Positions 1 through 9,535 of a stretch of 24,415 nucleotides of DNA are shown piece by piece. The translations under genes were made by a program, and so were the position numbers. Each line of letters begins with the position of its first letter. The first letter of the stretch is position 1. This stretch comes from a virus (taxonomy: Duplodnaviria; Heunggongvirae; Uroviricota; Caudoviricetes), in IMG/VR virus record IMGVR_UViG_3300021255_002784, positions 1 through 24,415 of that record; one strand, written 5' to 3'. The notes under the pieces were generated by a model, which was not told the origin of the DNA, ran no database searches, and saw only the letters and a list, made by a program, of their open reading frames with translations.

Positions 1-62
1 CCAAACCTTCTTGACTAAATCACGTGGTTCATTCCATTTATTATTGTATCAAAGTTATAACT

Positions 63-1676
63 ATGACAGAATATCAATTACAAATACTTCGTAATGCTGC
101 TGTGATGCCCAATTATGACACTGCTATGGCTGTTCTAAATTCATATCAGTATCATCATGTTGGTCAACCATTGGCTGTGCGCTACTACGACTCCGATCAA
201 AAGGTGACTGTTCTTTTTGCAATAGGTAAGAAGGATTGTGAAGATGTTATCCCAGGCGAACCTAATTGTGGTCCAGATTTCTACGATATAATCAATCGCA
301 ATTCTGGTGCTGTTACTGCAGTCATGAAATGGCGCATCTTAGGAGATTCTATCGATCAAGATGTTACGCACGCTTTATACACAGGCCCACATAGCGATCT
401 TACTGATACAGACGCTGCTGATTTTGGGTTGGGCACCCTAGTGTACTGTACTGACGGCATCATCGCTCGAGTAAAGAAACTGAAAGAATCGGAAACAGAA
501 ACCATAAACGATTGGTACGATTTTTATGGTAACGCGGGTAATGGACAATCGACTGATATTCATTGGGATCCTATTGTAGAAGGGGAGCCACAAGAAATCT
601 CATTCAAGGAAGGTTCGCAAACTGAATACGAAGGAGTCAATCATGATATCGGTGCGCTATATGTAACCAAAGAAGAAAATCGCGTTGATAAACTATACAA
701 AGGAGACAACCTGCTCGGTGATGCTTATGTATCATCAGAGCAAGGTGGTGCTGTAGTATCTACTGACGTCGGGGGCATCAAATCAGGTACTACTCTGGAT
801 TCCATCCTGGATTCTACGCAAGGCTCGGTAAGTAAAGTATTGGACATGATACTGTTTCCTGTTTATGCACCTCGTTACGTCGGGCCTAGCTGTGTTATAA
901 ATACACCGGCATCGACCAACATATTTATATATGATATGTTGCCACCTATAGTATGCAGCACAACACAGGCATACACATATACATCATCTTCTTCAAAGGT
1001 TTATGGAGGTTCAGCTACTGCGCAGACAACAAGAACTTATCCTAACGGAGCTACTGATGATGCTACTACCAGTGTTGTGGCTGAATATATAGGAAATTAT
1101 ACTTATTCTGCTGTAGCAAATTTCTCAGTCGGAACGGATTTGATCGAGGATACCAAAGGTAATCCAGCACACGGATGGGCAGATAATGATACTACATTGG
1201 CATCATCTACTCTTCATACAGAATACCTATCCGCTTCTGGTGAAGGATATGTGGTGGGAGCTCGTGGTAATATCAGTGCAGCCAACAAGACACTCAATGC
1301 GGTTTATCCTATTTGGGTTGGCTCCAAGGGACAAGATGAACCTACTCAGTTGAGTATAGAGCAATCACATGCCGCTCAAAATGGCGGAATAGAATATATA
1401 TTAAGTGAAGCAATCGGGATGTCATCTGGTAATCCTAATCCGAGCAACAGTTGGTATATAGATATTCCAACTGGCAAAAGTCTGGCCGTTATCTTGCGCG
1501 CACTAGATGGTACGTACCCAGCTACTAATGCACAGCAGATTTTGAAAATATCTACTAACACACCTAGTCGTCAATGGACAAGTTCAGCATTGAACGATGT
1601 ACATATTATGATCGACAGATATGTATATAATGGTCCTTCTTATTCAGGAGGAGTGCACAAAATAATTGTTTCGTAA
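63..1676 (+). CDS. Putative virion structural protein (fibre/spike-like, Ser/Thr/Gly-rich)
   Basis: Long ORF. ATG at 63 (MTEYQLQILRN) is preferred over the track's start at 24. Beta-rich T/S/G composition and segments such as VSTDVGGIKSGTT and FPVYAPRYVGPS recall Bacteroidota-phage fibre proteins. Lies upstream of the sheath gene. Function is inferred. Confidence 0.5.
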   Translation: MTEYQLQILRNAAVMPNYDTAMAVLNSYQYHHVGQPLAVRYYDSDQKVTVLFAIGKKDCEDVIPGEPNCGPDFYDIINRNSGAVTAVMKWRILGDSIDQDVTHALYTGPHSDLTDTDAADFGLGTLVYCTDGIIARVKKLKESETETINDWYDFYGNAGNGQSTDIHWDPIVEGEPQEISFKEGSQTEYEGVNHDIGALYVTKEENRVDKLYKGDNLLGDAYVSSEQGGAVVSTDVGGIKSGTTLDSILDSTQGSVSKVLDMILFPVYAPRYVGPSCVINTPASTNIFIYDMLPPIVCSTTQAYTYTSSSSKVYGGSATAQTTRTYPNGATDDATTSVVAEYIGNYTYSAVANFSVGTDLIEDTKGNPAHGWADNDTTLASSTLHTEYLSASGEGYVVGARGNISAANKTLNAVYPIWVGSKGQDEPTQLSIEQSHAAQNGGIEYILSEAIGMSSGNPNPSNSWYIDIPTGKSLAVILRALDGTYPATNAQQILKISTNTPSRQWTSSALNDVHIMIDRYVYNGPSYSGGVHKIIVS

Positions 1677-1678
1677 TT

Positions 1679-2449
1679 ATGGCAGTAGCATCAAATGATA
1701 TACCCATCAAACAACTAATGGGTTCTACCTATTCCGCAGGTTTCGATCTTACCGTTCGAACACCAATCGATGGACGTTTAGGTGTTAAGACATTGGCTGA
1801 TCTCACAGACGAAAGAGCTTGGAGATCCAAATCACAGAAAGACGATCAGCATCCTGAGTACTGGTTGTTTAATGGTCTGTTTACATCAGTAGCCGAAACC
1901 GGTAAGATATATGTACTAGTAGGAATTGATGAATCCAAGTCTGCTACTTTTTGGCCTAATCCAGCCGGACCAGGAACGATGACTACAGGACCCCGTTGGA
2001 TAGAACTGGGTGGAGCAGATAACTTCTTACAAGAAGCGTCTATAGTCGTAGCTAAATATGGATATATACCTGGTGCAGAGGCTCCAGGATATTACGAGGA
2101 AGGTGATTCGGATTTTGAACATGTATACGAGGATCAGGAATGTACTATTGAAGTAAGCTCTTCCAAGTATCTCAAATTAGTGGTTAAGGAATCCGGCGGA
2201 GCGTCGGGATCCGTAAAGAAAATCCTATATTGTGATGTTTCTGATTTGGTTGGTAATGTTCAAACACTTACCATCCTGGCCAACGGACAACTAGTCATGG
2301 AGTTTGATGGTAATCGTGCTAAGACAATCAACTTCATGGGTTCAGATAACGTCAATATTACTTCGATTTCACCCAATTCAGGCATAGTAAACGTCAACCT
2401 GGTTTGGTTAGATATCGAACCACCCATGAGCCCTGCATCAGAGGTATGA
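1679..2449 (+). CDS. Putative virion structural protein (fibre/head-fibre-like)
   Basis: 256-aa ORF starting 2 nt after the previous stop. The N-terminal PIDGRLGVKTLADL resembles the PLDxR-x-V-x-T-x-x-DL motif of phage fibre proteins. Followed by a terminator. Confidence 0.45.
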   Translation: MAVASNDIPIKQLMGSTYSAGFDLTVRTPIDGRLGVKTLADLTDERAWRSKSQKDDQHPEYWLFNGLFTSVAETGKIYVLVGIDESKSATFWPNPAGPGTMTTGPRWIELGGADNFLQEASIVVAKYGYIPGAEAPGYYEEGDSDFEHVYEDQECTIEVSSSKYLKLVVKESGGASGSVKKILYCDVSDLVGNVQTLTILANGQLVMEFDGNRAKTINFMGSDNVNITSISPNSGIVNVNLVWLDIEPPMSPASEV

Positions 2450-2463
2450 TAAAACATAAAACA

Positions 2464-2490
2464 AAAGAGGCGTGCGCGCCTCTTTCTTTG
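2464..2490 (+). terminator. Intrinsic terminator
   Basis: Stem aaagaggcg / loop tgcg / cgcctcttt followed by a T-rich tract, 15 nt after the 2449 stop. Confidence 0.8.
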
Positions 2491-2536
2491 TCTTTTATAC
2501 TCATAACAGCTCATTTTATTTTGGGTTGCGGGGTAC

Positions 2537-2553
2537 TTATTATAATTTATAAG
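2537..2553 (+). promoter_or_regulatory. Candidate late promoter element for the sheath gene
   Basis: ttattataatttataag about 30 nt upstream of the sheath ATG; a variant of the TTATTATATAG motif. Confidence 0.4.
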
Positions 2554-2583
2554 AAAACTGAAATATAAATAAACGTATACAAA

Positions 2584-5397
2584 ATGAGTTTACCTAATTA
2601 TTTAGCCAAGATAAAATCTTCTGGTATTTACCGATTTGTATGGGATAAATCACAAGTCACTGCTACCGAAGCAGAGACCTTGCGTCTTGTCGTAGGTTAC
2701 TCTGAAAAGGGTCCCTTCAACACACCGGTATATGTTGATAATCCAGGTGATTTTAAGACTATATTTGGTGACGTAAACAAGAAGTTGGAGAAACGTGGCG
2801 TATTCTTCCACCGCATGGCTCTACAAGCACTTGCTGGGGGCCCTATACTTGCACTCAATGTTAAAAAGTTCGGTAACGAACGGGTTGAGTATGTTGGTGG
2901 TAATGTTGGGACCGCGTTCGATGATCCTGCAAAAGCTGCAGTAGAAAAGGTGTTCAACACATCCCGCTTCTGGACATTGGATCCTGATAGTCTACCAAGC
3001 AACCTTGGAACCGAGTACGGTAAGTATATCACTATCACATCCACCGACTCAAAAGATTCTTCAAACACTATATTCATGCGTGGTTACACTCCTTCTGGTT
3101 ATGATGTAACCATCAAAACATGGTACTCAAGTAGTACTGACGAGGAGATGCCTGCATACATGGAAGGATACGAAGATATGCTTTTGAGCGATTTCTTCGC
3201 TGAAATCTTTGTGTTCAAAGGCAAATTCACTCCTGCTCTCGCTAAAACAGAAGAACTCAAGAAATACTTTGATGTGATTGATGGTAAGGTAACATTGAAA
3301 CCTTATTTGGTTAACGCTTTCGGTGAGAAAGTGGATACTCTCACCGCTCTTTCTGAAAATGAATGCAGCAATTTCATTCAACGTTATCAAGGTATATTGA
3401 TTCCTTACTTCAAAAACATTAACGGAGCATACATTTCATTGGATCTTTTGTTCAATGCTGACAATGATCTTCATAAAATGATGATGAAGCTCAACAGCGA
3501 CTTCTTGGATGATGGTGGTTACTATGATAGTCCACGGCCTACTGAATTGATCCCGTTCACCATGAAAGACATCACGACTCGCGGTTATGATCAGTTGACT
3601 GTGAACGATATTGCCAATGCAATTAAGGTGGCTACGGACGATCCTGAAAAATCATATTCAGAGCGTATTGCTGGTATCACCTCTCGTATCGACTTCATGA
3701 GCAACACAGCTATCATCCCTCATGTGGTAGTAGGTTCGTTTAGTCAGTTTACTTGGTCATTCGTAGGTAACGACTATGTTACCACTCCAGATTTGTATGT
3801 GTACAACGCCAAGACTGCTGTGACATCGGAAGATGGTGTGTTTACACTTGGTAATGAGTTCGTATCTGCAGGACTAGCAGAGGGTGATCGTATCCTGGTT
3901 AAGGTGGGTAATGATGTCAAACTCGTTACTATATCAGAAGTAATAGAAGGTGCAGAAGATGGAATAGCCAACAATATCAAGATCGTTACAACAGACGAGA
4001 ATGCTGAACCTATTGTGATTACTTCACAAGTCGTTCCTCATGAGGATGGTAAAGTATGTATCGCTATTGACTGTGAAGGTATAAGCGAAGCTACGGCAAA
4101 TGCGCTTGTATTGGGCGGTGTTGCTGGTACTGTTGCTGGTAATTATCGTTATTGGTTAGTAGAACCTGCTGATACGGTGGTTGTCACTGGTGACGCAGAA
4201 TACCAGGCTACTATATCAGCGCTTACTGATCATGCTATTGAGTATACAGACCAAACCGATACCGATCTACCCGTTATCGATCAAGAAACAACTGTTATTG
4301 TTAAGGCTACTCATATTTTAACCGAGGACATCGCTACGATGAGTCCGTTGTACCTCGAAGGTTACACCAAGGAGAACGAGAAACCTGCTAACAGCACTGT
4401 CGAGGCCAAATTGAAATGGCAGAAGGAACATATCCTTGCAGCTATCAACACAGACAGCTCAATCGGTTATCCTGGATTGGTAGAGGCACTGACAAACCGC
4501 AAAGACATCGATTACCGTTACATCGTGGATACATTCGAATCGTTCATCGATGCTGAATTGAAAGCAACCCTTGCATTGCTCGCCAAGAAGAAAGATAACG
4601 CTGTGTTGTTGACTAACTTCCCAGCAATCCAAACCTTCATTAAGTCTACTGCATGTAAGTTCACAGATAAGAACGGCGCGTTCCAAATGAAGTACGTAAA
4701 AGATGGTGGTAACCGTCAAAAAGGTGCAGCATTCTTCAGCCTACCATCTATTGACAACGGTGCATCCTGGTGTTCATTCAACACTCCTGTGGTGTTCTCT
4801 GATGGTGTAGTGAAGACAACGGTTCCTGCAGCAGCTCTCGTTTCCAACAACTTCATGGCAAAATACAGCGGACGTCAACCATACTACATTGTAGCCGGAC
4901 CTAACTACGGTCGTTTGTCATATCCTGGATTGGTTGGACCTGATTACAACTTCAGCCGGGCTGATTTGGATATTCTCGAGCCAATGGGTGTGAATGCAAC
5001 CGTATTCGTTCTGCGTAAAGGTACATTCATCAATAGTAACCAGACCGCTAAACAAACACCTGTTTCCGCATTGTCTAAGCTTAATGTTCGTGAGTTGGTT
5101 ATCTACCTACAAGATCAAATCGAAGACTTGTTGCAGAACTATCAATGGGAGTTCAATACACAACCCCTACGTGATCTTGTTAAGGCTAAAGCAGATACGA
5201 TCTGCCAGAACGTCAAAGCAAACGGCGGTATCTACGATTTCAACAATCAGTGCGATGAAAATAACAATAACGACGACGTTATTAACAACGAAATGTTCGT
5301 ATTGAGCACAAGCATCGAACCTGGTATGGGTTGTGGAAAAATGGTTCAAGAGTTGACTATCTACAAGAAAGGCGGAATGCGCGTAGTTATCTCCTAA
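2584..5397 (+). CDS. Contractile tail sheath protein (T4 gp18-like)
   Basis: 937 aa. N-terminal SSGIYRFVWDKS...LRLVVGYSEKGPFNTPVYV and C-terminal sheath domain (LEPMGVNA...NSNQTAKQ...LSKLNVRELVIYLQ...QWEFN...GIYDF..QCDENNN.DDVINN). Confidence 0.93.
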   Translation: MSLPNYLAKIKSSGIYRFVWDKSQVTATEAETLRLVVGYSEKGPFNTPVYVDNPGDFKTIFGDVNKKLEKRGVFFHRMALQALAGGPILALNVKKFGNERVEYVGGNVGTAFDDPAKAAVEKVFNTSRFWTLDPDSLPSNLGTEYGKYITITSTDSKDSSNTIFMRGYTPSGYDVTIKTWYSSSTDEEMPAYMEGYEDMLLSDFFAEIFVFKGKFTPALAKTEELKKYFDVIDGKVTLKPYLVNAFGEKVDTLTALSENECSNFIQRYQGILIPYFKNINGAYISLDLLFNADNDLHKMMMKLNSDFLDDGGYYDSPRPTELIPFTMKDITTRGYDQLTVNDIANAIKVATDDPEKSYSERIAGITSRIDFMSNTAIIPHVVVGSFSQFTWSFVGNDYVTTPDLYVYNAKTAVTSEDGVFTLGNEFVSAGLAEGDRILVKVGNDVKLVTISEVIEGAEDGIANNIKIVTTDENAEPIVITSQVVPHEDGKVCIAIDCEGISEATANALVLGGVAGTVAGNYRYWLVEPADTVVVTGDAEYQATISALTDHAIEYTDQTDTDLPVIDQETTVIVKATHILTEDIATMSPLYLEGYTKENEKPANSTVEAKLKWQKEHILAAINTDSSIGYPGLVEALTNRKDIDYRYIVDTFESFIDAELKATLALLAKKKDNAVLLTNFPAIQTFIKSTACKFTDKNGAFQMKYVKDGGNRQKGAAFFSLPSIDNGASWCSFNTPVVFSDGVVKTTVPAAALVSNNFMAKYSGRQPYYIVAGPNYGRLSYPGLVGPDYNFSRADLDILEPMGVNATVFVLRKGTFINSNQTAKQTPVSALSKLNVRELVIYLQDQIEDLLQNYQWEFNTQPLRDLVKAKADTICQNVKANGGIYDFNNQCDENNNNDDVINNEMFVLSTSIEPGMGCGKMVQELTIYKKGGMRVVIS

Positions 5398-5418
5398 TGC
5401 TCATGCACAAAATAAATG

Positions 5419-5452
5419 AAGAGGAAATCGCTAAAGATTTCCTCTTTTTTTT
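5419..5452 (+). terminator. Intrinsic terminator of the sheath gene
   Basis: aagaggaaatc / gctaaa / gatttcctctt plus T-run. Confidence 0.88.
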
Positions 5453-5520
5453 ATATATTTATATATAACTAATAATATATCTATATGGGATAAGAAAAGC
5501 TGCAGAAACTGAAAACATAA

Positions 5521-5547
5521 AAAAAAAGGAACCACAAGGTTCCTTTT
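5521..5547 (-). terminator. Intrinsic terminator of the minus-strand operon 7259->5553
   Basis: aaaaggaacc / acaa / ggttcctttt, with an A-run on + (U-run on -), 6 nt past the stop at 5553. Confidence 0.85.
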
Positions 5548-5552
5548 GTCAT

Positions 5553-6575
5553 TTATTGCCATTCCATTGTCTCATATAGGAACGTTGCCCATTCATTCAA
5601 TGCAGAAGCGATGTACTTGGTATGACCTTTAATAGGGTCTCCTCCTGTCATACTATTATATATCAGTTCTAGTGCATTGGATAGTTGTCTGAGTCGTTCG
5701 ATATTACGCATCTGCGCTTGATACTGATCGTTGATGCATCCACAATCCACAAAGTCACTTTGCCAAGCCGATGCAACTAGACTCAAGTTCATACGAACGA
5801 TATTATCGATATACAACTTGAACTCCTGGATGAAATCACACTCAAATTGAGTCCAGAAATCTATTTCGGAGAATACACTCACCATCTTGAGATAAATGTT
5901 CTTGCGATATATCCATAACGGATTACAGTTCGTCAGGCCCTGAGCATACAAGTTAGATAGATTTTGATTACCAGCACATCCGCATTGTGATGATCCTAAG
6001 GTTGTTGCTACTACTGATTGAGTAGCTCCAGCAGAAGAGCTCGCGCATCCACAACCCGGTGTACTGACTGTTGTCAAGGATAATGTTGTGCTACCAAACG
6101 TAGTCAATGCAGCCACCACGTCATTGTACATACCGCCAGCATAGTAGTCTAACATATGAGTGATGTCATGGTCTAGTACTATATTAAATGATAGTATGGT
6201 CTGGGCAAGCCAAGTTCTGAACTTCTTTATTTGATCCCAAGTCAGTTCTTTGGATGGACTAAAACTATTGAACGTGATATACTTATCTATGTCATTAGCC
6301 ACGTCAGTCAATACTGGATCTATAAACTCATCGATGTGTTCATAAGGTAGGTGTGGATATGAATCCAGTACACCGAGCAGCCCCATTTGAAGATCTTGAC
6401 TGGCTCGGATGGCTTGAACTATGGTCATGGTTTCCAACGGAACACAATGAGTCCAGTTCAAACAATGCACATATCGACCTTTGAATTGTTCGTTAAACAG
6501 TTCGCATTGGTCTTCTGACAATCCGGGTGCCATGGAAGGATCGATAATCTTATCCTGTAATTTAATTATATTCAT
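5553..6575 (-). CDS. Hypothetical protein with CGC motifs
   Basis: 340-aa ORF with three C-G-C motifs (PGCGCA, QCGCAG, DCGCI) around an S/T-rich linker. No family recognised. Confidence 0.75.
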   Translation of the reverse strand: MNIIKLQDKIIDPSMAPGLSEDQCELFNEQFKGRYVHCLNWTHCVPLETMTIVQAIRASQDLQMGLLGVLDSYPHLPYEHIDEFIDPVLTDVANDIDKYITFNSFSPSKELTWDQIKKFRTWLAQTILSFNIVLDHDITHMLDYYAGGMYNDVVAALTTFGSTTLSLTTVSTPGCGCASSSAGATQSVVATTLGSSQCGCAGNQNLSNLYAQGLTNCNPLWIYRKNIYLKMVSVFSEIDFWTQFECDFIQEFKLYIDNIVRMNLSLVASAWQSDFVDCGCINDQYQAQMRNIERLRQLSNALELIYNSMTGGDPIKGHTKYIASALNEWATFLYETMEWQ

Positions 6576-6584
6576 ATATTTATA

Positions 6585-7259
6585 TTATGCTTTGGCTATC
6601 GCCTGTTGATTTTTAGCTTTTTGTTCTTGTTGTTTTTTCTGACGCTCTGCAATCTGTTCTGCTTTGGCTTTGGCTTTCGCTTCGAGTTTGGCTTGCAGTT
6701 TTTCAGCCTCTTGTTCAGCTTTTTTCTTCGCCCCGTCAGTTAATTTATTCAATCCGGTTGTGACCTTATCCAGAGTCTTTTGAACGAATCCGAATATCTT
6801 TTCGAGCACCCAGTTGATCTTATCCTCTATCCATTGAATAGAATGATGAGTGGTGTCAGATACTATCTTCTGTCCTTCATCAATGTACGTCTGGACCTTT
6901 ATCATAGCATCGTCCAAGGTCTTTTTGATTGTTCCGACTTTGGCTTTGTAGGTAGATGCTCTTTCTATCTCTTTTTGAAGTTTTGCTACCGTACCAGGCA
7001 TCGTTATTCTGGCTGTTATCAATGCTGCGTTAGCTGTACTCAAAGTTGTGTCGTACGTCTGATACATGGTATCAATCACATTGTATGTAGCAGAAAGAGG
7101 AGCTGTGATAGTACTGATGATCGTTGATGCCGAACTGATCAGCTGATCGGTAATGTCTTTGATAGTACCTGTGAACATAGATGCATTCACCTTCGGTACA
7201 GTTATCGAAGGTATGTTCGTAGTAAGATTAGGTGTGCTATTTATTGTAGGTATATCCAT
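6585..7259 (-). CDS. Hypothetical helical protein with K/A/E/Q-rich coiled-coil C-terminus
   Basis: 224-aa ORF with a T/S/I-rich N-terminus and KAEQEAEKLQAKLEAKAKAKAEQ tail. TTATTATATAG lies directly upstream. Confidence 0.75.
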   Translation of the reverse strand: MDIPTINSTPNLTTNIPSITVPKVNASMFTGTIKDITDQLISSASTIISTITAPLSATYNVIDTMYQTYDTTLSTANAALITARITMPGTVAKLQKEIERASTYKAKVGTIKKTLDDAMIKVQTYIDEGQKIVSDTTHHSIQWIEDKINWVLEKIFGFVQKTLDKVTTGLNKLTDGAKKKAEQEAEKLQAKLEAKAKAKAEQIAERQKKQQEQKAKNQQAIAKA

Positions 7260-7262
7260 TTT

Positions 7263-7301
7263 CTATATAATAACAGTTGTGAATATCTATTTTTATTATA
7301 G
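7263..7301. promoter_or_regulatory. Divergent candidate late promoters
   Basis: ctatataataa at 7263-7273 reads TTATTATATAG on -. tttttattatag at 7290-7301 lies on + before the ATG at 7318. Confidence 0.5.
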
Positions 7302-7317
7302 AATAAAAAACAACCGC

Positions 7318-7560
7318 ATGGTAACAGAGGGCAACATCACGAATAACGAACGCTTGTACCGCAACTTCATGACTATGGTTCAAGTATACAAAAAGGATGC
7401 TGACGATAAAAGTATCAAGGTGGCCAAAACATCTAAAGGTAACTGGAAGGTGTTCGATTCAAGCGGTCGAAAAATCTGTTTGGTTTCCAAAAATATCCTC
7501 ACCGATGCTATGGTAGCCGAGTATAAACTCACAAAAATCGAGGATCCTACTAATAAATAA
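7318..7560 (+). CDS. Small hypothetical protein upstream of the major capsid gene
   Basis: 80 aa from ATG 7318 (MVTEGNITNNERLYRNF...). The longer track ORF from 7153 overlaps the opposite-strand gene and is rejected. Confidence 0.7.
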   Translation: MVTEGNITNNERLYRNFMTMVQVYKKDADDKSIKVAKTSKGNWKVFDSSGRKICLVSKNILTDAMVAEYKLTKIEDPTNK

Positions 7561-7597
7561 CACGTTGCATATCAACTCATTAACTTTGAAAAACTGA

Positions 7598-7611
7598 TTT
7601 TATTATTATAG
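7598..7611 (+). promoter_or_regulatory. Candidate late promoter for the major capsid gene
   Basis: ttttattattatag about 40 nt upstream of ATG 7654. Confidence 0.45.
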
Positions 7612-7653
7612 GATCAGAAAGTTTAACTAACGAAATAAATAAATATCAATAAA

Positions 7654-9384
7654 ATGATTCTAACAGAAAACGCACAAAAATGGTCTAGCATCATTAGTGA
7701 GTCTCTTCACATAGAGAATAAGTCAAAATTGGCTTGGATGTCGCAATATGCTGCTAACCACGAGATGTTCGAGGCTGTTCAAGCAGGCGACCCTGCAGCT
7801 GGTATCTACAGTACTCCTCTTAACACACTCGGTATGGGTAACCCACAAATGCCGGAACCTGCCAACGGATATCAAAGGGGTTCAGGTATCGGTATCGGCG
7901 CAACTGATTTCCATAATCAGAAAGTAGGTTCAGGTGACATTCCTATGTCAACTTTGACAATGTCTCTTGAAATCGCAGCTATGACAATTGGTTTGGAGCT
8001 CGTTCCTGTTATTCCTGCAAGTGGTCCTTGGGCAATGCTATCATATATGGACTTCCCATATGCCGGTGGTAAGCTCGGTAAACTCAACGAGACTTCTCTC
8101 GACGGTAAGGGTACTGGTGACTCTAACAAACCTATCTACATCCGTATCATCACAGATCGTGCTGTTCAAAAAGACGCTAAGGCTCTCGCGCAAGGCGCAG
8201 CTGTTGTTGTAACAGGTGCGGACAGTAAGACATTGAACGCAACCTATATCGGAAGCTCACGTCTTGACAACTCTATCATCGTTAAGGTGGTTGACTGTGG
8301 CGACGCAAACACTTCTATCGCAGACGTATTCGAGCAGACTGGTTTGACTATCAAGCTCGGTTCAGCAGCAGCAGCCAGTGTAACAGCAGCTCGTCCAGAG
8401 TTCGTAAACGGTGCAGCTGACCACGTTCAAGGTTTCGCAAACTTCGCTACTGGATCTAAAGATCCCATGACTCGTGCAGAGAACGAAACTGGTGTTGGTA
8501 ACACAATCGGTGCTCGTATGTTCACTCGTCTCGTACAAATGGGTGCTTACGAGGTAACGGGTTCCGTAACTCGTCAACAACTACAGGATATGCCACTCTA
8601 CGGAGTAGACGTTATCGGTAAGGTTCTCGAGGCAATGCAGAACGAGATCTCACAACATATCAATAACCGTATCTTGGACCGTGTATTCAAGCTTGGTGTT
8701 GAGAACGCAAAGACACAGTACGATTACCAAGGCGTTGACTTGAACCTCTTCTTTGGTGCTTCTTCTACCGCAACCAAGAACTTGAGCGACTTCACTGCAG
8801 CTAAGTACCTTGTTGACTTGAATGGTGTACCTGCATCTGATACTACTTCTGCTAATGCTTGGGCAACCGGTTGGGTTGTTAAGAACGCAACTCAGAACAC
8901 TGCAGCTGAGAATACTCACACTCATCAACGTCGTATCATGAGCCGCGCTCTTGCCGCTGCTAACTTGATCGCAAATGTATCTCGTTTCGGACGTGGCCAA
9001 TGGTTGGTAACTAACACTCAAGTCCTTTCAGCTCTTCAAGACTGTGCCGGCTTCGTTGTTGCACCTATGACCAACACATTGACACAAGATGGATCTAACA
9101 GCTTGTACTTCGCAGGTTCTCTTGCAGGTCTTCAAGTATATGTTGATCCTTATATGACTTGGGACGACTGCCGTATCTGTGTAGGACGTAAGTCTGATGG
9201 TAATACTCCTGGTGTGATCTTCATGCCGTACATCCTTGCTGATACTGTTCAAACAGTTGTTGAAGGTACAATGGCTCCTAAGTTGCTTGTGAACAGCAGA
9301 TTCCAGATTGTGGATGCGGGTTTTCACACAGACCAATCTTATTTCACATTCGCAGTAGATGCTGATGGTGCATACTTCCTCTAA
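7654..9384 (+). CDS. Major capsid protein (T4 gp23-like)
   Basis: 576 aa. N-terminal KW..I..E..., GLELVPVIP, LQDM...GVD....V...MQNEISQHIN..I, RRIMSR..AAANLIA..SRFGRGQWLV, AG.L.G..VYVDPY, G..FMPY, P.LLV.SR are all gp23-like. Strong codon bias. Confidence 0.92.
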   Translation: MILTENAQKWSSIISESLHIENKSKLAWMSQYAANHEMFEAVQAGDPAAGIYSTPLNTLGMGNPQMPEPANGYQRGSGIGIGATDFHNQKVGSGDIPMSTLTMSLEIAAMTIGLELVPVIPASGPWAMLSYMDFPYAGGKLGKLNETSLDGKGTGDSNKPIYIRIITDRAVQKDAKALAQGAAVVVTGADSKTLNATYIGSSRLDNSIIVKVVDCGDANTSIADVFEQTGLTIKLGSAAAASVTAARPEFVNGAADHVQGFANFATGSKDPMTRAENETGVGNTIGARMFTRLVQMGAYEVTGSVTRQQLQDMPLYGVDVIGKVLEAMQNEISQHINNRILDRVFKLGVENAKTQYDYQGVDLNLFFGASSTATKNLSDFTAAKYLVDLNGVPASDTTSANAWATGWVVKNATQNTAAENTHTHQRRIMSRALAAANLIANVSRFGRGQWLVTNTQVLSALQDCAGFVVAPMTNTLTQDGSNSLYFAGSLAGLQVYVDPYMTWDDCRICVGRKSDGNTPGVIFMPYILADTVQTVVEGTMAPKLLVNSRFQIVDAGFHTDQSYFTFAVDADGAYFL

Positions 9385-9420
9385 TCATTAGTATCTTACT
9401 CAGATATAATGTTTAACAGG

Positions 9421-9456
9421 GCACCCTGACTCGTGAGAGTCGGGGTGTTTTTTTTT
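9421..9456 (+). terminator. Intrinsic terminator of the major capsid gene
   Basis: gcaccctgactc / gtga (GNRA) / gagtcggggtgt plus long T-run. Confidence 0.9.
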
Positions 9457-9535
9457 GTTATAATTGATAGCAGACACGGTTAAAAAAATTATGTAAATCC
9501 ATATATTATTATACACAACAGAAAAAATCGTTCCT

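Noticed and set aside
5453-5520. AT-rich stretch between convergent terminators as a replication origin
   Set aside because: Only about 70 nt, with no iterons or repeats; ordinary intergenic composition.
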